This document shows, piece after piece, positions 1-14,608 of a stretch of 64,000 nt of DNA. A model generated the notes under the pieces. The model was not told the DNA's origin. It saw only the letters and a list, made by a program, of their open reading frames with translations, and did no database searches. This stretch comes from the human T2T-CHM13v2.0 reference genome, Homo sapiens. Where the stretch lies: assembly GCF_009914755.1 (NCBI RefSeq), contig NC_060938.1, one strand, 5' to 3'. Made by a program: the position numbers and the translations under genes. Each line of letters opens with the position of its first letter. The stretch's first letter is position 1.

Positions 1-970
<970 letters not shown>

Positions 971-3323
971 TATTTAAAAACTGCTATGTGACTATGTCCC
1001 GTATTTGCTTACCTCATAATTATTTGGCTGTAATGGATTACTAATTTCTTATAAATTTTTACAAAGTGTGAATATTTACAGATTATAAAGTAAGCATTCA
1101 AATTTATAAACTGTCACACAAATTAATGCTTTCCTAATCACCAATATTTAAAATGTATCCAAATGAATGATGTGATGGCAAATTGTGTCACAGCTTAACA
1201 ATAATATGAAGCATGGTTTATAAAATAATTTATTTTATGTATGTATATAACAACCAGTAAGACATTCTACTTATTGCTGTTTTCAGGCACATGGGCTCCT
1301 GATTATTACCCTAAAGTCACCAGAAATAATTTTCTATTTTATAATTTGTAATTCATTTGTAAAATGCTAATATAGTCTATTGGGTTTGCCACTGTTGCCA
1401 AGTTTATTCAAAAGAGTTATCAAATTATAATTAAGTGAATAGAAATCTTCTTGGCCTATGTAAATATTATATTTAGTTCATAAATATGTAATGCTATTAA
1501 TTCATGTGGAGTCCTTGGCAATTTTGAAATAAGTATTGCTGTCTCTGATGACCATCTTATACATAAAATATTTAATTTCCCAAGAATGAAGTTTGAAAAG
1601 AAACTCGAAGTTTATTTAAATAGAACTTTCTGTAAATGTAAATACTAGGAAAGTACTAGAAATTATGAGGTATCACATGGATGAAAATTGCCATTTGTTT
1701 GATGAGTTACTCAAAATAGCATTGTCTTGTTTACCACCATATTTGGTGAGAAGTGTCTGCCACAGCTGCTTCTTCTATGAAATGACTGCAATCCTTTCCA
1801 GTTAGAAATACCCATATAATAAGGCAAGTTGTACCCAATTCTCTATCAGAGCCATGTCTTTTCATTAATTTATAAAACTTCTCTTCACAAAGAGAGTTGA
1901 TTTGTTATAATTTAGCAACACAGAATACACATTTTTCATCTTTGAAGTAAGACTACATAAAATAAGGCCTCATATATGTCTTCTCTTATCTTGATTTTTA
2001 TTAAATTAGGCTAAAATATTATAATTTTTTATTTGTCTTTTACTTTCTATATTTTCCAAAAGGATTTTTTTTAATTAACAAATTAACTTCAGGAAAAATT
2101 TTTAAATAAAGTGTTCTATTTTTTGTTTATTCTCTCTGTTCAGATCATAAAAGCTAGCTACATATTTTCTCCCACAGTGGATCACTGAGGATTTCATTAT
2201 AAAATTTAATCACTTTAAATATTGTTAAAGCCATTTTCCTTTCAGTAAACCTGATCATTCATGCTTCTTTATCTATTTTTACCCAACCTTCCAATTAACA
2301 CAACAAAGTAATCCAATGCTTTCAAATATGAAATATATCCTTCTTAAAATTTGGCTATAACTATAAAGTGAAGAAGGGGTGAACAAATGAATATGATAAA
2401 TGCACTCATATAATAGAGGTAAAAGTTATTTGTTAGAGATTAAAGATTAATTTTTCTGTAGGAAACATATTCTGGTATTTCAGATTAAGCAAATCTATCC
2501 AGGAATCTTCTGGCATTCAGTACTGTACCTATAAATTATTCATTCGCTTGCAGGTTTCATTTATGTCAAATCTTGTTAGAACAGTTAATTTTACATGAAA
2601 GTTATTCTCAGAGGAAGCTTTTAACAATTGGACATTAGCATTTTTGAGTAAGTCAGCATTTTTACCGTAACAAGAATTCTGTCTTATTCTGAGTAATACC
2701 ATCTGTATAATTTAATCATTGCACAATTTAGCATAGATCTAAAAATGTCATTTCCTTAGATTATATATTAAAATTATGTGCATAGTAGGATAGTCACTTG
2801 AGTAAAGAACAGGATATTATCAAACACATATAATCTCTCTCTTATATTAGGGAGTTAACAAAAATAAGATGTATCCTTAATTAAGCTACTGCTTTGTAAT
2901 AAAAAATGTTAACTTAACCTTAGAAAGTAAAAATTCTGTCTTCCAAACACACAGGTAAATACCATGAATTGTTAAAAATATAGTCATTTGACTATACTGA
3001 CATTTTAATAGATAATTGTATCTGGATTAGTAAAAGCATTTATCATGTAAGATTACTTTGACATTACATTTAGATATGTGGCCACTGGAAAAATAAATAT
3101 TCTCTTATTTCAACAATAGTTTATATGTAGCACTTAATACATTCATGTATCTAACAATTTCCTTTGGTTTCTTATAAAAAAGATGATGAGACTGCTGGCT
3201 GAGTGAATACTCAGGATTGTTAGCAAATGGCACTCTGAGTCTGGCTTCTATCTTCTTCATTCCTTACTACAAATATCTGCCTCTCCTTAAATGCTTATTC
3301 AATATGAGATAAGAATTTAGTCT

Positions 3324-3918
3324 TGACCAAGGTGGTCTCTACATTTCCCTCAGCTTGACTAAACTTTAGACAGGCTTCTTCCGTCCTCTAGACACCTGGT
3401 ATCTCTAACCAAGGCTCTTACAGAATCAAGAAAATCTAACTACAGAGGTTGCTTCCCTCCCTTTCTGTAGAGCATTTACTTTAATTGAACATTCTTTCTC
3501 TGTCATCTTAAGATGTAAACCTATCTAAAAGTTTCTTATCAGTTTTACAACCCAGTGCTGCTTTCACAAGCACCTAGGAGCCATCCCTTTGAAGTGTAAT
3601 CATCTACAAAGAGAGAAGAAGCCCTGTCTGTCTTCCAGTCTTTGTGGAAGAGTAGGAGGCTAACTTAAATAGGCACCTTACTCAAAGAAGTAAAATGACC
3701 TTCTGTAAAGAAGACATAAGGAATTTTAATTTTCCTTTGGGTAAATCCAAATAGCAAAAAGATGACCTACCATGGCCCACTCTAGCACTTAAATACTCTG
3801 CCCTTTGTTTCAATGAAATTCAGTTCAAATTTGTGTTCTTGTCTCTCTCCTTTGTTGCAAAAGTCTTAAAGTATTCTTTACATTTTTAACTTTGTCTGGT
3901 GCAATTTCTGCTTTGACA
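3324..3918 (+). mobile_element. ERV1 MER4-group solo LTR (MER67/MER31-related)
   Basis: Contains 'cagcttgactaaactttagacaggcttct' and 'ggagccatccctttgaagtgtaatcatc'; ends 'tttgaca'. Subfamily uncertain. Confidence 0.65.
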
Positions 3919-4588
3919 GTCACAAATAACTGTCTTTGATCCCCTTGGAAGCACACTTAACGGAAATAGCTGATTGGGTATGCTGAATCTTTGTTGTCAC
4001 TGAATGTTGGAGAATACAGTGACTAGAGAAAATGAAGTTTACTACGAAGGCTTCAGCAAGAGACTGGAGGACTTTCCACTCTAGACAGGTGGCTCACAGT
4101 AGGGAAGACTAATCTATTTTCTCTATTTGCAGGACTGCAGACATCAATGAAGATTCATCATAAAGACCTGAGTCCTGATGTATAAGTGAATACATGAATA
4201 ATTAAACAAACAAAAGCTTTCTCGCAGGGCCCTGAAAAACAATAGAGAAAGATAATACAAGAAAATGTTGTACAAAATCTATAAAGTAGAGCTGCTATAA
4301 GAAGGCAGCTGACTACATGATTTCTCAAGAAAAAAACAGAATGAATAAATTGATGTTACATTTAAGGATCTAGCATTCAATGCTTTATTGCAGTTAATGA
4401 TCTGAAATAGTGGAGTAGAATACTAACTGAAAGAATTTTGCTGAAATAAAAAGAAAATCTAGAAAAAGAAGACAAACATGAAGGAAATCTTAGGAATCTA
4501 ATAGGAAAATATGGGAAACCTAACAAGTGTATAAGTGATGTAAATAAAAATAATATATGAAAAATGAATTAATCGAAAAAATATTTTT

Positions 4589-4881
4589 GGCCCGGCACAG
4601 TGGCTCACGCCTGTCATCTCAGCACTTTGAGAGGCTGAGGCGGGTGGATCATGAGGTCAAGAGATCGTGACCATCCTGGCCAACACGGGGAAACCCCGTC
4701 TCTAGTAAAAATACAAAAATTACTTGGGCATGGGGGCGTGCGCCTATAGTCCCAGCTACTCAGGAGGCTGAGTCAGGAGAATCTCTTGAACTCGGGAGGC
4801 GGAGGTTGTAGTGAGTCAAAATTGTACCACTGCAATTTGGCCTGGTGACAGAGAGAGACTCTGTCTCAAAAAAAAAAAAAA
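4589..4881 (+). mobile_element. AluSc
   Basis: Alu dimer with 'gaggtcaagagatcg..accatcctggccaac' and 'cctggtgacag', followed by poly-A. Confidence 0.9.
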
Positions 4882-4882
4882 G

Positions 4883-5235
4883 TATATACACACACACGTA
4901 TATATACATATATATATACACGTATATATATATGTATATATACGTGTGTGTGTATATATATATACACATATATATGTGGGTATATATATGTGTATATATA
5001 AATATTTATATTTTTATATTACTGAAAGAAATATAAAATGTCACATGCTTTTGATATGACATATGGTACTCAATAATATGTATATATGTATATATACATA
5101 TACATGTATATATACATATACATGTATATTTATCTAAAGGATTATATATACATATAAAGAAGAATTAATATATACATACACATATAAAGAAGGATTTATA
5201 TATGTGTGTGTATATATATTTATCTAAAGAAGGAT
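4883..5235. repeat. (TA)n/(TATG)n low-complexity tract from the Alu tail
   Basis: Alternating TA/CA/TG runs directly after the Alu poly-A. Confidence 0.9.
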
Positions 5236-5818
5236 TCATTCCTAAGTTTGAAAGTTTCATGTAGTTTTTGAAAATAAAAATAATTCCAAGGATAAAGAGA
5301 GAATATCACATTTTCTAAGTAAAAGAATAAGTTAAAAAGAAGGTAAAAGATATTAGATATCACTGCCTAATGTATTGAAACCCTTGAAGCCTGAAGACTT
5401 TTGAATATTATCTACACACTATTGTGACAGAAATTTGAGGAGAGGAACATAATAATACTATACCTGGTAAAGACATATTTTCATGGTTAGTGTGGAAAAT
5501 AGATATTTTTGATTAGGCAAGACTGTGGAGAGTATATCCTAGGTTTACCAAAAGGAAATGTTCATGAAACAGTCACTGTCAACAAGAAGATATAGGAAAT
5601 GAACCAAAAATACTTCAAAGTGAAAAAGATAAAAAGGGAGAAAAATAGTGTTAAATTGTAAAACTTTTTATATTACTGAAAAAAATGTAAAATGTCACAT
5701 CCTTTTGATATGTCAATATGGTACTCAATAATTAAGTCTGAGTTTTTTCCTTTTAATATCAAGAACAAGGCAAGGATATCTTTTTTCACCACTGGATGAC
5801 TACAGTTTTTGTTTGAAC

Positions 5819-6966
5819 TAGGGCTTGCTTCATTCACAAGGAAGACATTGGTGTTCCAGGAATACATACAACCAAGGAACACTATAGCAAGCTTTCTTAC
5901 TCATGTTACTGACATAGGTAATCAGAAACAAAGAGAAAGAGAAGGGAACCTATAATTTCTTTTCTTATAATTCCTGCCTTACTCAACAATAAACCAAAGC
6001 CAGAGAGAACTAGTAGAATACATACACATCAGGAAGTAAAAAGAGTTGAGTTAGTTGGGTCAGTATTTCTGCTGTTCTGGTATGAAATATACACAGATGC
6101 ATGTGTGAGTTATGCAGTATAAATTTATTCTAGAATAATTTTAATAATTTGACACATGGGATATATGATCTTATGTTTGCATTTGAAATTAGTGTTGCAC
6201 AAAATAGAGGTAAAGAGTAATACCCATGTTAACAATTTAGCATTTTAATTGTTCTTTACTTAGAACAACATTATAGAGCAAACGTAAATGACATTGGCAA
6301 ATTGAAAGAGAAAATACGGTGGAAGGAATAAAGCTTTATATTTTGGTACAGTTAAATACACTTGGTTTCTGCTTTTATTTATATATATATATTTTATTAT
6401 ACTTTAAGTACTAGGGTACACGTGCACAACGTGCAGGTTTTTACATATGTATACATGTGCCATGTTGGTGTGCTGCACCCATTAACTCGTCATTTACGTT
6501 AGGCATATCTCCTAATGCTATCTCTCCCCCTCCCCCCACCCCAGAACAGTCCCCAGTGTGTGATGTTCCCCTTCCTGTGTCCAAGTGTTCTCATTGTTCA
6601 ATTCCCACCTATGAGTGAGAACATGCCGTGTTTGGTTTTTTGTCCTTGCGATAGTTTGCTGAGAATGATGGTTTCCAGCTTCATCCATGTTCCTACAAAG
6701 GACATGAACTCATCCTTTTTTATGGCTGCATAGTATTCCATGGTGTATATGTGCCACATTTTCTTAATCCAGTCTATCATTGTTGGACATTTGGGTTGGT
6801 TCCAAGTCTTTGCTATTGTGAGTAGTGCCACAATAAACATACGTGTGCATGTGTCTTTATAGCAGCATGATTTACATTCCTTTGGGTATATACGCAATAA
6901 TGGGATGGCTGGGTGGTTTCTGCTTTTTGAACATAGATCACCTAACAAATTATGTAGCTGGCCCTG
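5819..6966 (+). mobile_element. MER45B-like hAT (Tip100) DNA transposon, interrupted by L1PA
   Basis: TIR-like ends 'tagggcttgcttcat' (5819) and 'aaattatgtagctggccctg' (6966). Confidence 0.7.
6377..6914 (-). mobile_element. 5'-truncated L1PA4/5-like LINE-1 3' end
   Basis: Canonical L1PA 3'UTR and ORF2 C-terminus (minus ORF ...NQPKCPTMIDWIKKMWHIYTMEYYAAIK). TSD tggtttctgctttt at 6363-6376 and 6914-6927. Confidence 0.95.
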
Positions 6967-7253
6967 ACCACATACAGACTCAAGGGAAACCAAATCTGCA
7001 TCTGAAATACAGATTGTAACTCCACTATGTTTAACAGAATGCTGTATGTGTAGTCTATATGATTGTGCTTAATTTCCTGTCCTATGGAAAATGTTCCTAC
7101 CTGACTTTAACTTTCCTAAAGTGAACTAAAATGTGAAGGTTTCTTCTCAAATTTCAACCTCCCAGTGAATTAGATTGTTTTGAACAATATATATTTAGAA
7201 TTACCAATGACAGTAAGTAAAATTCCTATAATGGATCACATAAAAAATCCCCC

Positions 7254-7948
7254 TGTAATAGCTGGTATGTTATCATTCCCATTATTACCTTATATTACAT
7301 AGCACAGTGAATGTAAATATTGGGAGTTTATGTAGGTATATTTAATTTAATCACCAGCACATCAGACTAATTTTTGTACTTTTTTGTAGAGATGAAATTT
7401 TGCCGTGTTGCCCAGGCTGGTCTCCAACTCCTGGGCTCAAGCGATCTGCTCACATCAGCCTCCCAATGTGTTAGGATTATAGGCTGAGCCACTGCTCCCA
7501 GCCATGGATACCATTAATAACACAGAGTTTTCTCTAGCTGGTAACAGTAGAAGAAATCACAAAATTCAGAGAGAAAAAGTAGATGCACCCATCCTAATTT
7601 AAAAGAAGGAGAAGAGCAGGGGAGAAAAAATTGAGAGGCCCCTGGAAGCTGAGAGCAGCCCTTTGCTGATGAGGGCCATGAAATAAGGATTTTCAATCCA
7701 TAAAAGCAGATAATTGGATTCTTCCAGTAAAATGAATGAGCTTAGAATCAGATTTTTTAAAAGCCTCCAGATGAGAATTTAGCCCGACTAAAACCTTGAA
7801 TTTGGCATTGAGAGACCCTTCACAGAAAAGCCAAACCTCTGATCTATGGAAATAATAACCAATGCGTGCATTAGAAAATAATAATCAGGTGAGTTTTTAG
7901 GTCAATAAGTTTCTGGCAATTTGTTATGCAGCAAAGAAAACTAATACA
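7254..7948 (+). mobile_element. MLT1E-like MaLR LTR containing an Alu fragment
   Basis: Contains 'gaagctgagagcagccc' and 'agcctccagatgagaat'; ends 'tttgttatgcagcaaagaaaactaataca'. Confidence 0.75.
7352..7503 (-). mobile_element. AluJ/FLAM left-arm fragment
   Basis: 'gttgcccaggctggtctccaactcctgggctcaagcgatc' is AluJ/FLAM type. Confidence 0.85.
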
Positions 7949-8180
7949 TTGATAATCATTCTTACTTGCAGAAAAAGCAATGTCACATGGCTTAATCAAG
8001 TAGATTTGTGTGTTATTCCTAAAATATGAAAATTGAGCAAGATAATAAAGTATTTCGGGTATTCTCTCAAGATACTGTTTATGCTTTCACTGCATTGGAC
8101 TACTATGTTGCTCTTTTGACAGACTGTATGCATAGCCTGACTCTTAACCTACTAATTAAAATTATTTCTAGATTTTCATG

Positions 8181-8938
<758 letters not shown>

Positions 8939-10821
8939 TAGATGGCAATAGTATTGCAGAATTTTTTTGATAATTTAAGAAAAAATTCTATAGGCAGTCA
9001 GGTAGGTACATTGTCGGTAATGTTTTTGCACAGCCTACTAATGCAACATGAGTCTTGTCTAGAAAAATAGAATAAAGCTGCTCATTTAAAACGAGATAGG
9101 AATGATGAAAGAGATATAAAAAGGTAAAGCTTCTTTTCTTTATTCAGTTTATTTATTACTTTCATCAGGATAGTCACTAAAACTATCTTTTGAGACTTAC
9201 TAAAGGTAAAACTGAACATATGCTTTATAATGGTAGTTGGTTTTAACTGGGTGAAAGACAAAGGAAAACCTGTTCTATTATTGAAAGGACTGAGTCCCAT
9301 AGGTCCAGTATCCCAAGAAATATTTAGTAGCTCTTCCAAATTTATGCTTCATTGATTGGATACTCACTGTAAAAATATGTTTTTATGTATTAATATGTGC
9401 TCTGATAACTGCTATTTATATGTTTAATAATGTTTATTATCCTGTTGTTTCTGTAAGTGTAAACAAAATGAGTGGACAGAAATGTACAATGAAACAGGTG
9501 GTGAAAATAATGTTGATAAAATGAAAGACTTTATATCCACAAGAACTAGACTTTTGAAGACAGAAAAATAAGACTACTATTTCTTATAGAAAATATTTGA
9601 TTTAAAAATAAACAATAAAAATAAGGCACTTACACCAACTTTTTAACTTTGTCATTCTTTCTCAGCAATATGGCTGAATTATCAATATCAAATGTCATTC
9701 TGTTTTGCAGAAGGTATAGATGGAGACAACCCCTTTGAAATAAATAAGTTTCTTTTGTTTCTGTGGTAGCATGCGTTGATTATGTATTCTGCCTTTCAAT
9801 GCTGTGGGGAATGTTTGATTGTCCAGTAAGTACAACATCTTTTGTGTCCAAAATGTAATTTTTGAATAAAGCTCACAAAAATTGTGCTTCTCCATAGCTG
9901 ACAAGAAAGGAGACAGACTATTAAGTGTAGACTCTTTTCCCAAGTGGATTTCAATAAAATTTAATTTAATCACCCCCTGTAGGTTTGCTCATTTATCTTG
10001 ATGATCAGTATATTTGACACTTCTATTCTGGAATATCTTTTATGGTTCACTATATCTTAAAGCTTCACTCCAATTGGTAGGTAATCTATTTTGCCAAGGC
10101 AATGGATTATAAATAAAACAAATTGTGCTATATATACTTTGAAATAGTCTGAGTCTGGTTTCAGGACAAAGCAAAATAATTACATTCCTAAAGCCATAAA
10201 ATATATATTTTAGATGCTCCCAATCACCATTGTTAATATAGTTTTTAGGTATTTAGTCATAGACATTTAATAAAATTCTAGGGCCAACATTAATGAGAAG
10301 AATCAAAAATAAATAAATAAAACAAGAGGAAATTGATTTTGTGGAGAGCATGAACACATTTGTTGTCCATAGGGAACTAACAATAACTTCCAGTGACATC
10401 AATTCAAGAAAAAAAAATAGCAGCAGGGAGTGAGAATGTCATCTGTCAACCCCGAAAATGATTTTGGTTAAAATAATGACAACAACAACAAAACTAAATA
10501 TCAAATAGCATCAAAAATGATATCACATATTCCATTTCTTCATCAGAAATAAAAAGAAAATATTTTTCTTACCTGAGCAATTTATTGATGAGAGGGCAGA
10601 GTAAGTTAAAAAATTGTTGCTATACATTTTTCATTAAGTTTTTAGATAAGACAAATGCACAAACAATTGTTGAATATCTAGCATCAAAAGAAGAAAACAG
10701 AGAACAGAAGTATAACATTTTATTTTCTTTATTTCCTATTTTAAAAGATTTCAGTTACCTTTATAGTATTAAAATGAGAATATATTAAATGCCATTGAAT
10801 GGTGCATTTTTAAATGGTTAA

Positions 10822-11389
10822 TGTAATGGTTAATATTAGGTATCAATTTGATTGGATTGGAGGATGCCTAGATAGCTGGTAAAGTATTGTTTCTGGGTGT
10901 GTCTGTGAGGGTGTTTCCAGAAGAGATTGACATTTGAGTCAGTGGACTGGGAGAGGAAGTCCCACCCTCAATGTGAGTAGGCACCATCTGATCTGCTGCC
11001 ACAGGGCCAGAACAAGGCAGACAGAAGGAGGTGAGATAAGCTGGCTTGTTGAACCTTCTGGTTTTCTTCTTTCTCCAGTGCTGGATGCTTCCTTCCACTC
11101 CTCCCCTTGAACCTAAGATTCCAGGTTCTTCAGCCACTGGGCCCTTGGGCTTGAACCAGTGGTTTGCCAGGGGCTTTTGGGGATTCAGCCACAGAATGAA
11201 CTTCCCTGCTTTTGAGGCTTTTGGACTCTGATTGAGCCACTACCGGCTTCTTTCTCCCCCAGCTTGCAGACTACCTATCCTGGGACTTCACCTTGTGATC
11301 CTGTGAGCCAATTCTCTCTAATAAACTCCCTTTCACATATGTATATATCCTATTAGTTATTTCCCTCTGGAGAACCCTGAACTAATACA
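10822..11389 (+). mobile_element. MLT2A2-like HERVL solo LTR inserted in an L1M 3' terminus
   Basis: Runs 'tgtaatggttaatattaggtatcaatttgattggattgg...ctggagaaccctgaactaataca'. TSD gttaa at 10817-10821 and 11390-11394. Confidence 0.9.
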
Positions 11390-11532
11390 GTTAAAATGGT
11401 GAATTTTATGTCATTTGTATTTTGACACAATACCAGAAAGTTAATTCACATACTCTGGATGAAAACACATTTTTCCCCAAGTTCAATAAGAAGCAACTTG
11501 TACAATTATAATTACAGGGCTATCTCAGGATC

Positions 11533-14440
11533 TAGGGCTGCACTAAGACGTTTCTGCCACTAGCAATATGTGGATATTAATCACTTAATATGTGGCTACT
11601 GCCACTAAGCAACTGAATTTTAAATTTTATTTTAATAAATTTGATTTCAATTAAATTTAAATTTACAACATAAAGTAATTTTTATGGCACATAATTTTTA
11701 TTAAACCACATACTATTGTTCTGGTAAGATCTCATTTTACTTTAACTTGCATTATGTGATATTGCTATACTGTGGTGTACCTGTTAGATGCATACTTTAT
11801 TTACAGTAATAAACAGAAAAAGGATATTTAACCATTTTGTGCCTATTGATTGATTTAATTTGTATAATATTTTCTATATGCTGATGTAAAATTGGCATGT
11901 GATGATTTTAATATTTTATTCAGATGGCATGAATTACACTGATACCTATGAAAATTATCAATGATAATTAAATTGAAATAATCATAATTAATTACATTGT
12001 AACAATTACTTTTATACTTAATTAAAATTTATGTGTGAACATATTCATAAATTAAAACAAAGACATACTGCCAATGTTTAACTGAGCATAAATACAGAAG
12101 CTAGTATAAAGACTAGAACTTGCAAGTAAAATAAAACCTGAAAAAAGATACATCAAAAACTTTATAAAAAGGCTATAGTAATGTGCTGTGACAGTACCCA
12201 ACACAAAGGCTGTTGTGTAAAATGTTTTGAGATAATTATGTGTAGAACATTAGGACATATTTAATGCATTTCATAAGAAATTTCCTCCCAAAGTCAAACA
12301 AGCATTGATAAAATTAGTGAGCAAAAATTGGAAATAAATGGTTAATTAAAATGTTTGAATAATTTTAAAAGAATCTAAAATTGTAAATTAGATTAGCTAC
12401 AATCTAATCATGGATTGTAATAATGGATTCCTGAATATAATAATGGATTCCTGAAGAGAAAAAGAAAAACAGTTTTAGATGAAGATACAGTAAGATTATG
12501 AAAACTTTGTTTAAAAAATTATGAATAAGAGGAATAAAAATATTTTACAAAATGTAAACAATTTTAATTTGAGCATGAAACATTTGTCTGTAGAACAGAA
12601 ACCTTTCTAAAAATATTCAGTATAAACTAAGCCAAAATCCAAAGATTACTGTTTTCTGTAGCTTTAGATGAGTTTTATATTATGTTCTCCAATAATACTT
12701 TGTGTATCTTTGTTTGTATTACTTTAATCAACCATGTAAATAATCAAATTCATGTCATGAATATTTTGGAATTATTTATATCTATCAATGAAGAATTTTA
12801 GTGAGATACGAGGACATTAGCTTTTATTTATTTATTTTTTCTAACTTTAGGTTCAGGGGTACATGTGCAGCTTTGTTACACAGATAAACTTGTTTTATGA
12901 GGGTTTGTTGTACAGATTATTTCATGACCCAGGTGTTAAGTTTAGTATTCACTAGTTATTTTTCCTGATCTTCTCCCTCCTCCCACTCTCCACTTTCCAA
13001 TAGGCCCTAGTGTGTGTTGTTCCCCTCTATGCATCTATGTGTTCGCATGATTTAGCTGCCACTTATAAGTGAGAACGTGTGGTATTTGGTTTTCTGTTGC
13101 TGTGTTAGTTTGCTAAGTATAATGGCTTCTAGCTCTATCCATGTCTCTGGAAAAGACATGACCTCATTATTTTTTATGGTTGGATGGTATTCCATGGTAT
13201 ATATGTACCACATTTTCTTTGCCCAGTCTATTACTTATGGGCATTTAGGTTGATTCCATGTCTTTGCTACTGTGAACAGTGTTGCAATGAACATAGGCAT
13301 ACATGTGTCTTCATAATGATTTACATTCCTTTGGGTAAATACCCAGTAATGGGATTGCTGGGTCAAATGGTATTTCTGTGTTTAGGTCTTTGAAGTATCA
13401 CCACATACTCTTCCATATAATTATGGATAGTTCCATATAATGATAGTTAGTGGCATTAGGTCAAAAATCAGGGCTATTTGTAGTTTTAAAGTGAGAGAAA
13501 AGTAATTTCTTTATTGATGTGTTCTACTGTATAATGCATAATACAATATTTGTGATGCTATAAAAATTATGCAGTTTAAAATGTGTCTCAAATTTATAAA
13601 CAAATGCTGTAAATTATTACCAATTTATGTCATTATTGATAGCAAAAGAAGACAATGACAATACTTTTTTGGCTTCTTTGTCAAAGCTCATTGGTTGAAT
13701 TTTGTAAGAGTTTTATAAAGATTATTGTTACAGCTAATTTTAAATTTTCTTTTAATAAATTTTAGGAGATAGATATGAGGTGCACAACTTTATGAATGTA
13801 AGTAACGCCAGAGAATTGAATGGTTAAATGCTAAATTTTATGTTACATATATTTTACCATGGTAAAAAATTTTAAATACTCAAAATTCTCAAATAGTCAA
13901 TAATCAAAGGTTGATTTTTATCATAAAATTAGTAGTTTTTGATAAATTATCAATACCAATAAAATATGGCACCGTGATTTATGTTTCTCACTGAGCTATG
14001 GCTGTATAGGAATAAAATAGATTTAAAATTCTAAGCAAAGGAAAATGTATTTGTATCCTATCCAAACAAGTACAAAAATGCATGTTGAAACCAAAACCTT
14101 TATAATAAAATTTGATAATAAGAAATAAATATGCTGAGATTTTGAAAGAAAATTTGTAGACACTTGAAAGATATCATTAATATTAATAATTACAAAGAAG
14201 GTTGCAGTTATTTCTGTCAGATGACAGTATGTTATTGATACAATGATTTTATGGAGGGTTGAAGTTTGAAGGGATGCCCTCTTTGTCTTTACTCCAAGGA
14301 TTTATATATCACTATTATTCTAAGACACTATCTTTCTCATAATATCATGAACTGTCTTTGTGTTTGATACTTTCTGCATGTTGATAAATTTTGTTTTGGC
14401 CTCTTCTAAATACCAATATAAAAACACTTTTATTTATTGA
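11533..14440 (+). mobile_element. Charlie5/MER3-family hAT transposon with decayed transposase
   Basis: MER3-like 5' end ('atgtggctact...aactgaattttaaatttt') and hAT motif remnant FSVALDE ('ttttctgtagctttagatgag', ~12652-12672). Interrupted by L1PA. Confidence 0.7.
12822..13420 (-). mobile_element. L1PA13-like LINE-1 3' end
   Basis: Contains 'ggttcaggggtacatgtgcag...tgttgtacagattatttcat' and 'acccagtaatgggattgctgggtcaaatgg'. Confidence 0.9.
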
Positions 14441-14608
14441 AATTTTGGATATATAGTATAATTCCAAATTATTTTTTTTTTTCTAAGTACTTTTCATTAT
14501 GTATTTATTTATTATTTAGATTCAGAGGGTACATGTGCAGGTTTGTTACATTATGTGATGCTGAGGTTTGGGCTTCAATTGAACCTATCATCCAAATAAT
14601 GAACATAA

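Larger units (their letters stand above)
4200..5660 (+). mobile_element. Ancient L1M/HAL1 ORF1-like remnant, interrupted by an Alu and TA repeat
   Basis: A-rich sequence with decayed ORF1 3' motifs ('tatacctggtaaagacatattttc...aaaatagatatttttga'). Boundaries approximate. Confidence 0.45.

Noticed and set aside
11533-14440. Domesticated hAT transposase gene (ZBED/GTF2IRD2-like)
   Set aside because: No ORF survives, and it is interrupted by L1.
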